Assembly: GCA_022729705.1 (NCBI GenBank)
Contig: DZAX01000011.1
Coordinates: 1,063 to 65,062, forward strand
Source of the DNA: Helicobacter cetorum
GTDB lineage: Bacteria > Campylobacterota > Campylobacteria > Campylobacterales > UBA6016
DNA: 64,000 bases
Direction of reading: 5' to 3'
In this document: positions 1-9,250 of the stretch, piece after piece
How the letters are laid out: the number at the start of each line of letters is the position of its first letter
Position numbering within the stretch: the first letter of the stretch is position 1
The notes under the pieces: model-generated
Seen by the model: only the letters and a program-made list of their open reading frames with translations
The model's database searches: none
Told to the model about the DNA's origin: nothing
Made by a program: the position numbers and the translations under genes

Positions 1-1020
1 AATTTGTCCAGCTTTACCAAGTTCATCGTTGGCTTTTAAGATACCATTAAAAGATTTTGTATTTTGTCTCTCTCCGACTTCTACGGTTTTGTCTATTTCG
101 CCGCCCATCTTGGCGAGTGAACTTATAAGTCGCATCTCTTCGTCAACTACTTCTCCCATTTGAGTAGAAGCGGCGCTTAGTTCGTTTGAGATTTTTGTAT
201 TTTTTTGAGACGAATCTTTTGCATCCGCAATAACACATCTTATATTGTCTAAAAGATCAAAAACACTATTCGATATAAGTGAAAGCTCATCGTTGGCGTC
301 ACTTTTTTTAGACATAGTAAGATCTTTTGTTTCGGCTATTATTTGCATATCATTTTTAAGTTTATCAACAGTTTTAAGTATGCTTCTAATTACGACAAAC
401 ACCAATATCGCAACCAAAATAAGACCTATGATATATACTCCGATCGGTGCTGTCATAGATAGTATATAGGCCGTCTCTTTATCTTTATACAATTTTGTAG
501 CTTTTTGGATTTGCATAGACATCATGCTGTTCATTATTGGCAGAACCGGATCTACAGAGTATGGCATATCGCTCTCTGCGTAATCAAGCAAAGAGGAGAA
601 ATCTTTTGTCTTTGCGGCTTCATTTAGCTGACCTAACCCTTGCTTAATGGAAGTTGAAAGTTTTTCTAGTTCCGCCATATCTTTTTTTTCAGACTCCGAA
701 GTCATTGAGGCTTTTATCTTGGCAAGCATGCCGTTTATTTTTGAGTCGCTATTTTCTAGTATTTTTGCAAGTTTGCCAAAGTCTCCCCTGCCCTCTTTTA
801 TCTCTAAAACACTTTTTTTAATCTCAACTTCATAATATTCTTTTAGCAGTCGCATAGTCTCAAGAGGATTTACACTCTCTTTATACATTTTGTCTATAGA
901 GTTATTAAGCACATAGATACCAGCATAGCCGGACATTAGCGCACTGATGGCAAGAATCTGAGAAACCAATACAATTGTAAATATTTTTTTTCTTATAGAA
1001 AGATGCGATAAAAGCTTCAT
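1..1020 (-). CDS. methyl-accepting chemotaxis protein, N-terminal part (3' end is off the left edge)
   Basis: Not in the ORF track because there is no stop in the window. My reverse translation from ATG at comp(1018..1020), with an AGGGG RBS just upstream, reads MKLLSHLSIRKKIFTIVLVSQILAISALMSGYAGIYVLNNSIDKMYKESVNPLETMRLLK. The frame was checked for the first ~60 codons (1020..841) and the last 20 (60..1, ...TKSFNGILKANDELGKAGQI); the middle was only read approximately. Layout is N-terminal TM, helical sensor region, second TM, then a HAMP-like segment. The + ORFs 245..469 and 647..835 are low-complexity shadows of it. Confidence 0.75.
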   Translation of the reverse strand, partial: MKLLSHLSIRKKIFTIVLVSQILAISALMSGYAGIYVLNNSIDKMYKESVNPLETMRLLKEYYEVEIKKSVLEIKEGRGDFGKLAKILENSDSKINGMLAKIKASMTSESEKKDMAELEKLSTSIKQGLGQLNEAAKTKDFSSLLDYAESDMPYSVDPVLPIMNSMMSMQIQKATKLYKDKETAYILSMTAPIGVYIIGLILVAILVFVVIRSILKTVDKLKNDMQIIAETKDLTMSKKSDANDELSLISNSVFDLLDNIRCVIADAKDSSQKNTKISNELSAASTQMGEVVDEEMRLISSLAKMGGEIDKTVEVGERQNTKSFNGILKANDELGKAGQI

Positions 1021-1231
1021 AGAACCCGCCCCTGTGCATAATTAATTTCTAACGCAAAATTATACAATATGAAATAAATAAGTTTGCCAATTTTTTACAA
1101 ATAATGGGATAAATTGTTTAGTCTCTCAATCTTGCGGCATAATACACAAACACCTAGTGGAGGCTAATTTGAATTTTTCAACCTAAAACCAAAAGACAAA
1201 ACAACTAAACTGGACATATAACCAACTCTAC

Positions 1232-1891
1232 TTAAGCAAATTCCAAGGCTCCTCCGACTTCTCCTTTTTTGGAGTGTTTTTTACAATACTCAACAATTGC
1301 GCCATGAAAAAGACTAAACACCTTAACCATATCGCCGTCCACAAGCTTGCAAGCCTTTGCGCTATTTGCATATACGCCGGATTCTAGCCACTCTCTTATC
1401 TCTTCATAAGTAAGCTCATCCAAAGCGCATTTACTTTTTAAAAGCCTAGCGCTATAAGCGTCGGCGACCATTATCTCACGGCGGCACGCATACAAAAGTA
1501 TACTGTCCGCCGACTCGTACCCTATCCCTTTTTGAGCAAGCAACCACTCTCTGTCCACCGATAAAGCAAAGCTTTCAAAAGAGCCAAACTCTACAATGAT
1601 AGCGCAACACAACGCCTTTAAGCGAACGCTTTTTTGATTATAAAACCCGCTTGGGCGTATGAGGGTGCTAAGTGTATCCGTATTCATCGCGGCTATATCC
1701 TCAAGCGAAAAAAAATTATGACGCTTGAGATTTTGAATACTCTTTTCCACGCTCTCCCATTTGGTCTGCTGCGTCAAAATAGCGCCTACTATCACCTCAA
1801 AACTACCGCTACGAGGCCACCAATACTCGTCTCTATCGGTCAAATTTTTCTCAAACTCCAAAAGAGTGCAAAAAAGCTCAAAACTATCCAT
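1232..1891 (-). CDS. endonuclease III-like HhH-GPD DNA glycosylase (MagIII-type)
   Basis: 219 aa. GAILTQQTKWESVEKSI and LLAQKGIGYESADSILLYA are typical of the Nth/MagIII helix-hairpin-helix glycosylase superfamily. Confidence 0.7.
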   Translation of the reverse strand: MDSFELFCTLLEFEKNLTDRDEYWWPRSGSFEVIVGAILTQQTKWESVEKSIQNLKRHNFFSLEDIAAMNTDTLSTLIRPSGFYNQKSVRLKALCCAIIVEFGSFESFALSVDREWLLAQKGIGYESADSILLYACRREIMVADAYSARLLKSKCALDELTYEEIREWLESGVYANSAKACKLVDGDMVKVFSLFHGAIVEYCKKHSKKGEVGGALEFA

Positions 1892-1896
1892 CTGCG

Positions 1897-2706
1897 CTAC
1901 TCAACAAAAGCCTCCATCGAAACAAATAGCTCGCCATCGTCATACGCCTTTATCTTAAAAGCGTCTTTACATCTACCGTCCTCAATATCGCAAACAATTG
2001 CCTGAAATATTTTTTTGCACTCTTTGTTTACAACAAGTCTTTTCCCTGTTCCCATCAAAAAACGATTTATCGGCTCGGCTTTATTGACTCCTATAACGCC
2101 GTCTCTACACCCCGTAAGCCCCACGTCCGCTACAAATCCGCAACCGTTTGTGATGCGCAAATCATCTGTGCCGATGTGCGTATGAGTTCCGGCGATAAAA
2201 GATACATTCGCTTCCAGATAGCGCCAAAGAGCCTCTTTTTCGCTAGTGGTCTCAGCGTGAAAATCTACAAATATGTTGTTAACGCCCTCTGATTTTAAAG
2301 CCTCTACGGCGGTTTTGACAAGACGAAAAGGGTTATCTGAAATCGGCATACTAAAGTGCCCCATGACGTTAATCAAAGCTAGCTTCTCGCCGCCCTTCTC
2401 GATGACGACAACGCCCTCCCCGCCTAGTTCGGCGGGATAGTTTATAGGGCGAATAAGCGGATATTTTTTGAATACTTCTATGACGTCGGGCTTATCCCAT
2501 ATATGATTGCCGCTACTCATCAAATCGGCACCCACATCCGTCATCTCCGCTATAGTCTTTTGTGTCACACCAAAACCGGCGGCTATATTTTCGGCGTTTA
2601 AAATAGCGACGTCTACTCCAAAGCACTCTTTTGCTGCGCTAAGGTGTCGTCTTACCATTTCGCGTCCCGGAGAGCCTATCACATCGCCCACAAACAAAAC
2701 TCTCAT
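1897..2706 (-). CDS. ymdB: YmdB-family metallophosphoesterase
   Basis: 269 aa. MRVLFVGDVIGSPGR, GNHIWD, DFHAETTSEK and GTHTHIGT match the YmdB (TIGR00282) calcineurin-like phosphoesterase pattern. Confidence 0.8.
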   Translation of the reverse strand: MRVLFVGDVIGSPGREMVRRHLSAAKECFGVDVAILNAENIAAGFGVTQKTIAEMTDVGADLMSSGNHIWDKPDVIEVFKKYPLIRPINYPAELGGEGVVVIEKGGEKLALINVMGHFSMPISDNPFRLVKTAVEALKSEGVNNIFVDFHAETTSEKEALWRYLEANVSFIAGTHTHIGTDDLRITNGCGFVADVGLTGCRDGVIGVNKAEPINRFLMGTGKRLVVNKECKKIFQAIVCDIEDGRCKDAFKIKAYDDGELFVSMEAFVE

Positions 2707-3752
2707 TTTTTAGAATCACTTAGCTTGTAAATATTTTCTGACCACCGCAAATCCCCATAAGACCAGTTTTTATAAACTTTTGCCTCTGGATTTCCACAAA
2801 ATTTTCCATGCGCCCATCTAATTTCAATTTTTAAATCAACGGTAAATTCTTCTTTAGTGGCGGTATTTTTAAATTTGAAGGAGAGTAGAACCTCAGGCTG
2901 TCCAGCAATTTTTTGAGCGGCAACTATCCCTAAAATTTTATACTTCTTAATCCAATCAGAGGTTGATTCCAAAACAACAGCGAAAGGCTTTTTATTTTCA
3001 GTTCCAGCAAGAACATATTTAATTCCATTGACTCTAAAAAAGTAATTAAATATAGGCAGTAAAGCCGTACTTGAGGAGTTTATTTTTTTAAATTCATCTA
3101 ATTTAACATTAAAAATATCTGCCGATACAGCACTAACTTGTTGACACAGATTAGAGTATGCCAATAAAACATCCTCAGTTTTCCGTCTATGCAATAAGGC
3201 TACTTGCTTACCAAACGCTCTACGTTGCTCCTTATTGCTATTTTTATAAAAATCTTCAATAGTTTTAAAATTTTCTACGCCTTCAGTATGAATTTTACAC
3301 TGCACAAAGTACTCCTGTAGCTCATCTTTTGCTACTTTTAAAAACCAATCATCACCCTTACGTTTTATTGCAAATAAACCACTTGGCATATCCTCAAAAA
3401 TAGTTATCGGTGAACCATTGATAAAAACATCCGCATTTTCTTTTACAGATATTCTATAATTTGCAACTTCAATATCTTTTGCAACAGATACCGTAGAGCC
3501 TATATTTTCTCTTCCTGTCCATTTGGTATTCCTCGGCTCTATTCCATTTTTTATTAAATATGCTCTTATCGCCTTGCCGGATGCCGCTAAAGCCGCCGTT
3601 GAAACTGACTCATAGCCTCTATCTAGCAGTTCTTGTTTGTAGATAGATGCCGTTTTGGAATCTACATTCTCAATATCTTCAACTCTTTGCGTATTCGCAA
3701 TAGCCATTGCAACACACAATTCCGAAAAAATAGTTTGCGCTCTTGACATCAT
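2703..3752 (-). CDS. putative type II restriction endonuclease (partner of the adjacent m5C methyltransferase)
   Basis: 349 aa. I cannot place it in a named nuclease family. The call rests on context: 4-bp ATGA overlap with the upstream methyltransferase gene, shared AT-rich composition, and the typical M-R gene pair arrangement. Confidence 0.45.
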   Translation of the reverse strand: MMSRAQTIFSELCVAMAIANTQRVEDIENVDSKTASIYKQELLDRGYESVSTAALAASGKAIRAYLIKNGIEPRNTKWTGRENIGSTVSVAKDIEVANYRISVKENADVFINGSPITIFEDMPSGLFAIKRKGDDWFLKVAKDELQEYFVQCKIHTEGVENFKTIEDFYKNSNKEQRRAFGKQVALLHRRKTEDVLLAYSNLCQQVSAVSADIFNVKLDEFKKINSSSTALLPIFNYFFRVNGIKYVLAGTENKKPFAVVLESTSDWIKKYKILGIVAAQKIAGQPEVLLSFKFKNTATKEEFTVDLKIEIRWAHGKFCGNPEAKVYKNWSYGDLRWSENIYKLSDSKK

Positions 3753-4936
3753 GCCACCTTTTCGATTGTATTTTTAGAGCCAAATAAAGTAGCCCAAATG
3801 GACTCTATCTGCTTTGCGATATGATAACCGAGTAACGGTGGTACAGCATTACCTACAAGCTTATATGCTTCCGATGCAGAAACACTATCTGTAACAAAGC
3901 TATAATCATCTGGAAAGGTTTGTATTCTTGCGCACTCTCTGACGCTTAGCCTTCTTTGTGGCAAGCTATATTCTTCTTCTATTAATCCGCCATTTTCTTT
4001 TGATAATCTTCTAAATTCGATACTACCATGATGCTCTGACCGTATAGTTGGGGCGAGTCCATTTAGATTTATTTCAGTTTGCCCTTGACAATGTTTACCG
4101 TAATATTTTGCTTTTGAGTATTTTTGATGAGCTAAATCAGTGCTTACTTCTGGTTCAAAAAGGTCACAAAGCACATCTCTCGCCATTACAAAATTATCTT
4201 TTATATCATGCGTTGGCTCAGGATAAAGATTTATCTCGTTAGTCAAAAGCTTCTGCAAGGTATCACTATTTAATAAATCTTTACGAATGCCGATAAATAT
4301 AATCCTCTCTCTTTTTTGCGGGATGCCATAGTTGCCGGCGTGAAGAATTTTCGGCTCTAAAACAATATATCCGCCGTTAATAGTTCTAAAATCATTTGCA
4401 ATTATCTCTTTAACGTCACCCATACTTACTATACCTTTTACATTTTCAGCAATAAATATTTTTGGATTAATTATGCCTATAGCCTCTCTTAACCAATAAT
4501 ATAGCATTCCCCTAGATTCTGCGCTAGGATTATCAAAGTCCAGCTGATTATTATGTGTTTTATGAGAGTTAAAACCTTTACGCTTTCCCGCAATACTAAA
4601 GTCTTGACAAGGAAAGCCACCAGTTACAATATCTGCCTCTGGAAATATAAACTCTCTGCTCTTGGCTTTTTTGACTAAATCCACAATACTTTCTAAATGG
4701 AATACATCTTTTCTTTTAAAAAAACCTTCCCAAGCTTTTTTGGCGGATAATTTTATGTCGCAGGCAAAAATTGTTTTAAAGTTGGTTGAATGCAATTTTA
4801 CAAAATCATCTTGCGCTTTACTAATCCAAGCTTTATTTGTAATACATTTTGACTTAACCCAAAAATCACCCTCCATGCCCAAATCAAGTCCTCCGCAACC
4901 AGAAAAAAACGATACTACGTTTATTTTATTATTCAT
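3749..4936 (-). CDS. DNA (cytosine-5)-methyltransferase
   Basis: 395 aa with the canonical m5C-MTase motifs: FSGCGGLDLG (I), GGFPCQDFS (IV), ENV (VI), QKRERIIFIG (VIII), TFPDDY and GNAVPP (X). Confidence 0.9.
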   Translation of the reverse strand: MNNKINVVSFFSGCGGLDLGMEGDFWVKSKCITNKAWISKAQDDFVKLHSTNFKTIFACDIKLSAKKAWEGFFKRKDVFHLESIVDLVKKAKSREFIFPEADIVTGGFPCQDFSIAGKRKGFNSHKTHNNQLDFDNPSAESRGMLYYWLREAIGIINPKIFIAENVKGIVSMGDVKEIIANDFRTINGGYIVLEPKILHAGNYGIPQKRERIIFIGIRKDLLNSDTLQKLLTNEINLYPEPTHDIKDNFVMARDVLCDLFEPEVSTDLAHQKYSKAKYYGKHCQGQTEINLNGLAPTIRSEHHGSIEFRRLSKENGGLIEEEYSLPQRRLSVRECARIQTFPDDYSFVTDSVSASEAYKLVGNAVPPLLGYHIAKQIESIWATLFGSKNTIEKVA

Positions 4937-7910
4937 ATTTTTTCATTCTCAAAAATTTTAAAATAGTAGCAAGCACATCGTCGTCATCTTTGCTTGGAGA
5001 GGTCAAATACTCTTTTTTACCGTTTTCATAGTTTACGGTTATACTTTGTCCGTAGTTTGAGATAGCGGACACTCCCGCTTTTATTGAGAGCGCCTTTATC
5101 TCTATAAATAGTAAAAACTGCCTTGTGGGCAAATCCGGCTTGCCAAACCTATCGTTTAGCTCCTCTTCTATCTCATAAATCTCAGAGACTTCGCCCACAC
5201 GGCTAAGCCGTCTATACGCCTCAAGCCGTAATCTATCCTCTGTGATATATTCAGACGATATAAATGCCGAAACAGCCAGTTTTAGCTCAACCTCTTTCTC
5301 TTTTTCATAGTTTTTACCGCTAAGGGCGTTTATCGCATCTTCAAGCATTCGTAGATATAGTCCGTAGCCTATGTTTTTGATATGCCCCGATTGCGCCTCT
5401 CCTACGATATTTCCGCCGCCTCTTATTTCCAAATCTTGATACGCCAAAGCCGCGCCGCTTCCAAGATAGGAGTTTGACTCCAGCGCTATAAGCCGTTTTT
5501 TGGCTTCGTCAGTCAACTCCTCTTTTGAGTCCACAAAGAAATACGCATACCCCTGAACACTTCCCCTGCCGACTCTACCGCGCAACTGATGCAAATCCGC
5601 CATACCAAACATATCCGCAGAATCTATCATAATTGTATTGACGCGAGGCATATTGATACCCGATTCGATGATAGACGTGGAAAGAAGCATATCGTAGCGA
5701 CCCTCCACAAAATCAAGCATAATCTTCTCAGTCTCCTCGGAACCTATTTTGGAGTGCAAAAGTGCTATTCTAAGATTTGGGATTACGCCAAGCAATCTTT
5801 TTTTTGCGTCTTCAAGGCTTGCTATACGGTTGTGAATATAAAACAGCTGTCCGCCGCGCCTAAGCTCTCTCATAACCGCCTCTTTGAGCGCTTTTTCGTC
5901 ATACTCTTTGACAAATGTCTTAATTGGCAATCTCTCTCTTGGCGGCGTATTAATTTCGCTTAAGCTTTTTACTTGCGAAAGAGCCATATTTAAGCTTCTT
6001 GGTATCGGGGTTGCCGACATTGACAAGATATGCGCCGTGCTTGAAAGGGCTTTGAGCTTCTCTTTTTGCTTAACGCCAAACTTATGCTCCTCATCCACAA
6101 CGACCAAAGCCAAATCTTTTGCGTCTGCGTCCAAAAGCGCGTGCGTGCCGATAGCGACTTTTAGAGCGCCGTTTTTTAGAGCTTCAAGCGTCGCTTTTTT
6201 CTCTTTTGAAGATATAAATCTATCAACTTTTTCACACTTTACGCCGTATTTTGCAAATCTCTCATTAAAGCTTTTGTAGTGCTGACTTACAAGCAGGGTG
6301 GTTGGAGCTAGCACAACGGAGGAGTAGCCGTTGATTGCGGCGACAAATACGGCGTTCATAGCGACTTCCGTCTTACCAAACCCAACATCCCCGCTAAGGA
6401 GTCTATCCATGGCCACGCCTCTGCCAAAATCCTCAAATATCTCTTCAATCGTCCTAATCTGGTCGTCTGTATAAACAAAACCCGCTTCTTTTTGAAATAT
6501 AGAAATCTCCGCTTTTTTTGTATCCAGTCTTACGCCCTCTTGAAGCTCTCTCTCAGCCGCCAGGCGCACTATTTCGCCCGCTATCTCAAACAGCCTAGAG
6601 CGTACCGACTCTTTTAGTTTCAAAAAGCTCGATTTTCCAAGCTTATCAAGAGCCGGCACAGCTCCGCCCTCGCCAATATATCTATCGATAAGGGCTAGAT
6701 TTTCGACCGGAACAAGTAGTTTGTCATCATTTTGGTAGCGTATCTCTACAAAATCTTTTGCGCCTCCAAGCACAACAATATTTTTGAGTCCGGCAAAAAT
6801 TCCTACTCCATATTTGTCATGCACTATATAATCGCCGGATTTGAACTCATCAAGTGCAAGAGCTTTTTTTGGTCTTGATTTTGCTTTTTTCTCTTCTTTG
6901 TTTAGGGAGATTATAAACTCAGCTGGACTTTGGATATTGATAACAAAAGAAGCCTCCAGCAGCTTAAAGGAGTTTTTTAGCTCATAAATACCGGCTTGTT
7001 TTAGTAATGCGTCGTTTGCGGATATGACGGTTATTTTTTTGTGTTGATTTGCCTCTAGCGCCGCTTTTACATCTATCGCTTGATGCTCTTTAAACTCTTT
7101 TGCTTCAGGCAAGACGTTTAAAGATACGAGTCTTGCGCAAAGCTCTTCATCTTCTTCGCGCAGCTTTAGCATTGCGGGGCTAAAGCTTCTAAAGGCGTCA
7201 AAAAGAGTCAAATAATCGACATTATCCCAAAAACACCAGAGTCCAAAAGAGTGAGCGTCTTTAAAAAAACCGTCAAATTTGGCGTTTTTGCTTAAGGAGT
7301 TTAGATTTTCAAACTCCTCTTCGCCAAGCGCCAAAAACGCAGGAGCCAAATAGACGTTTTCAAACTCCACCTTATCGCTTTTTTGCGTGTCAATGTCAAA
7401 TTCTCTAATCGACTCTATCTCGTCATCAAAAAAACAGACCCTAAGAGGCTTAGAGAGATTGGGCGCAAAAATATCCATAATATCGCCGCGAAACGAAACT
7501 TCGCCGCTCTCGGCCACTATATCCACAAACTCATAACCGTATCCGTAAAGCTTTGATTTTAAAGCCGCAATATTTACTTTCTGGGCAAAATTAAGCTCAA
7601 AACCGCGCATATATTTTGGGTTTGGGAGAGGTCTTGATAAACTTTTATATGGGGATATAAAGATTTTTTTGTGTTTTGCGGAGCGTAAAAAAGCGTCTAT
7701 TGTCGTAAACAGCTCTTTTATCTCCTCGGTAAAACTTCGGAGGTCGTCGCCAAGCTCAGCCCTAAAATCAGGCGCGACAAAACTCTCATAACCGTAATAA
7801 TCAGCTATATTTTTTAGTTTTAACGCCTCTTTATAATCAGATGACAAAACAGCGAGAGGTTTGGCGCCCGGCTTAAAGCCTCTTAAAAATTCAAAAAACG
7901 AACTTTGCAA
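4929..7910 (-). CDS. mfd: transcription-repair coupling factor
   Basis: 993 aa. Contains the SF2 helicase core (GDVGFGKTEVA, VVDEEHKFGV, SATPIPRSL, QLRGRVGR) plus a CarD-like segment (GDYIVHDKYGVG). Confidence 0.95.
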   Translation of the reverse strand: MQSSFFEFLRGFKPGAKPLAVLSSDYKEALKLKNIADYYGYESFVAPDFRAELGDDLRSFTEEIKELFTTIDAFLRSAKHKKIFISPYKSLSRPLPNPKYMRGFELNFAQKVNIAALKSKLYGYGYEFVDIVAESGEVSFRGDIMDIFAPNLSKPLRVCFFDDEIESIREFDIDTQKSDKVEFENVYLAPAFLALGEEEFENLNSLSKNAKFDGFFKDAHSFGLWCFWDNVDYLTLFDAFRSFSPAMLKLREEDEELCARLVSLNVLPEAKEFKEHQAIDVKAALEANQHKKITVISANDALLKQAGIYELKNSFKLLEASFVINIQSPAEFIISLNKEEKKAKSRPKKALALDEFKSGDYIVHDKYGVGIFAGLKNIVVLGGAKDFVEIRYQNDDKLLVPVENLALIDRYIGEGGAVPALDKLGKSSFLKLKESVRSRLFEIAGEIVRLAAERELQEGVRLDTKKAEISIFQKEAGFVYTDDQIRTIEEIFEDFGRGVAMDRLLSGDVGFGKTEVAMNAVFVAAINGYSSVVLAPTTLLVSQHYKSFNERFAKYGVKCEKVDRFISSKEKKATLEALKNGALKVAIGTHALLDADAKDLALVVVDEEHKFGVKQKEKLKALSSTAHILSMSATPIPRSLNMALSQVKSLSEINTPPRERLPIKTFVKEYDEKALKEAVMRELRRGGQLFYIHNRIASLEDAKKRLLGVIPNLRIALLHSKIGSEETEKIMLDFVEGRYDMLLSTSIIESGINMPRVNTIMIDSADMFGMADLHQLRGRVGRGSVQGYAYFFVDSKEELTDEAKKRLIALESNSYLGSGAALAYQDLEIRGGGNIVGEAQSGHIKNIGYGLYLRMLEDAINALSGKNYEKEKEVELKLAVSAFISSEYITEDRLRLEAYRRLSRVGEVSEIYEIEEELNDRFGKPDLPTRQFLLFIEIKALSIKAGVSAISNYGQSITVNYENGKKEYLTSPSKDDDDVLATILKFLRMKKYE

Positions 7911-7913
7911 CTA

Positions 7914-8297
7914 CTACTCGCCGACTCTTTCTTGAATAGCTCGACCGCCGTTTTTGACATAGCTGTAGCCCTCTAGCATGCCGCCCGCCTCAATAACCAA
8001 AGAGATGCTGTGCACTTCGCCTTCCATCTTGCCGCCCGATAAAATCTCGCAACTATCGCAATCAACTTTACCGTTTATCCTGCCGCCGATAACCACACTT
8101 TTTGCTATGACTTTTCCAGCTATAACACCGTTTTTGCCGACTGTTATTACGCTCTCGGATGTTATGTCACCCTCTATCTCGCCGTCTACATAAAAACTAT
8201 CTTTTACGCTTAGTTGACCGACGATTTTTGCCCCGCTTGATATGACAGATGCTCCGCCTGAGTCTGCCACCTTGTCGCTTCTACCAAAGATCCCCAT
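7914..8297 (-). CDS. ccmA: bactofilin (CcmA-type polymer-forming cytoskeletal protein)
   Basis: 127 aa. MGIFGRS start, then a repetitive beta-helix pattern (VISSGAKIVGQLSVKDSFYVDGEIEGDI...). It follows an M23 peptidase gene, as in the Helicobacter csd1/csd2/ccmA cell-shape locus. Confidence 0.8.
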   Translation of the reverse strand: MGIFGRSDKVADSGGASVISSGAKIVGQLSVKDSFYVDGEIEGDITSESVITVGKNGVIAGKVIAKSVVIGGRINGKVDCDSCEILSGGKMEGEVHSISLVIEAGGMLEGYSYVKNGGRAIQERVGE

Positions 8298-9250
8298 TTT
8301 ACTCTGCTCTCCTTTTCAAATAAATATGCAAAATTTGCATAACCCCACTCAACAAACGGCTCTGGGTTGATAGGCTCATTCATAAACCGCACCTCATAAT
8401 GCAAGTGGGGTCCAGACGTGCGCCCCGTATTTCCCGTGTACGCCACAAGTTGCCCTTTTTTTACAAAATCCCCTTGCCTCACTACAAATCGTGACAAATG
8501 CGCATAAGCGCTTGCAAAACCGTAAGCGTGAGTTACAATTAGCATATTACCGTAACCGCCGTTATATTTTGTAGTATCGACTATACCGTCGGCGGCGGAG
8601 TACACTTTGGTACCCTTTTCAGCTTTTAAATCTACGCCTTCGTGCAACATACTTCTACCAAGAACAGGATGATTTCGGGAGCCAAAGTGGCTTGTAATTC
8701 CGCCAAAAGAGACAGGGGAACCGTTTGGAATATTTCTTAAGAGCATTGTTTTTTGCTCTACGCTAACGGTCGAAAGATCTAGTTTTTGAGCCGGAGCCGA
8801 CTCATTTTTAAGTCCGGCAAGACTCTCAAGGCTCGCTTCCTTCTCTTTTGTCGCAAGCTCAGCCTCTATGACGGTTTTAAGACCCCTATTTTCGGCGATT
8901 AGGTTTTGATAGCCATTTTTTGTATCATTCAAAAGAGTCTCAAGAGCCATATTGTTTGTAAAAGTAAAAAATAGCCCAAGAGAGCCAAAAACAAGGAGCA
9001 ATACAATAAAAATGCTAAAACTAATAATAGCTCTTTTTGTTACCCTGCCGAGCGCAAAACTCTTAAAGCCAAAAGGAGTAGAGACTGTGATAACGGTGGC
9101 GGCGGCCTCTTTACTTCTAGTCGGCGAAGCTTTTGGAAGTTGAATTTTTGGAGTTACAAGCTTTAACTCTTTTGCCTTAGTTTTTTGTCTTTGGAGTTCT
9201 GGAATTCTATTTTTATAACGCAACCGTATTCGCCTAAAGGTATCTATCAA
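8210..9250 (-). CDS. M23/LytM-family peptidoglycan endopeptidase (Csd1-like)
   Basis: 346 aa. One TM segment (IISFSIFIVLLLVFGSLGLFF), a coiled coil, and M23 metal-binding motifs HEGVDLKA and GPHLHYEV. The 3' end overlaps the ccmA start by 88 nt. Confidence 0.8.
   Translation of the reverse strand: MIDTFRRIRLRYKNRIPELQRQKTKAKELKLVTPKIQLPKASPTRSKEAAATVITVSTPFGFKSFALGRVTKRAIISFSIFIVLLLVFGSLGLFFTFTNNMALETLLNDTKNGYQNLIAENRGLKTVIEAELATKEKEASLESLAGLKNESAPAQKLDLSTVSVEQKTMLLRNIPNGSPVSFGGITSHFGSRNHPVLGRSMLHEGVDLKAEKGTKVYSAADGIVDTTKYNGGYGNMLIVTHAYGFASAYAHLSRFVVRQGDFVKKGQLVAYTGNTGRTSGPHLHYEVRFMNEPINPEPFVEWGYANFAYLFEKESRVKWGSLVEATRWQTQAEHLSYQAGQKSSVN

Noticed and set aside
245-835. Plus-strand ORFs 245..469 and 647..835
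   Set aside because: They are low-complexity Ser/Ile/Phe-rich translations lying antisense to a continuous minus-strand MCP reading frame that I checked by hand at both ends. They are shadow ORFs.
5589-6279. 124- and 131-aa plus-strand ORFs inside mfd (similar antisense ORFs occur inside leuS, secD, valS, res and mod)
   Set aside because: They lie entirely within, and antisense to, long genes with unambiguous conserved motifs. They have no start context or family resemblance.
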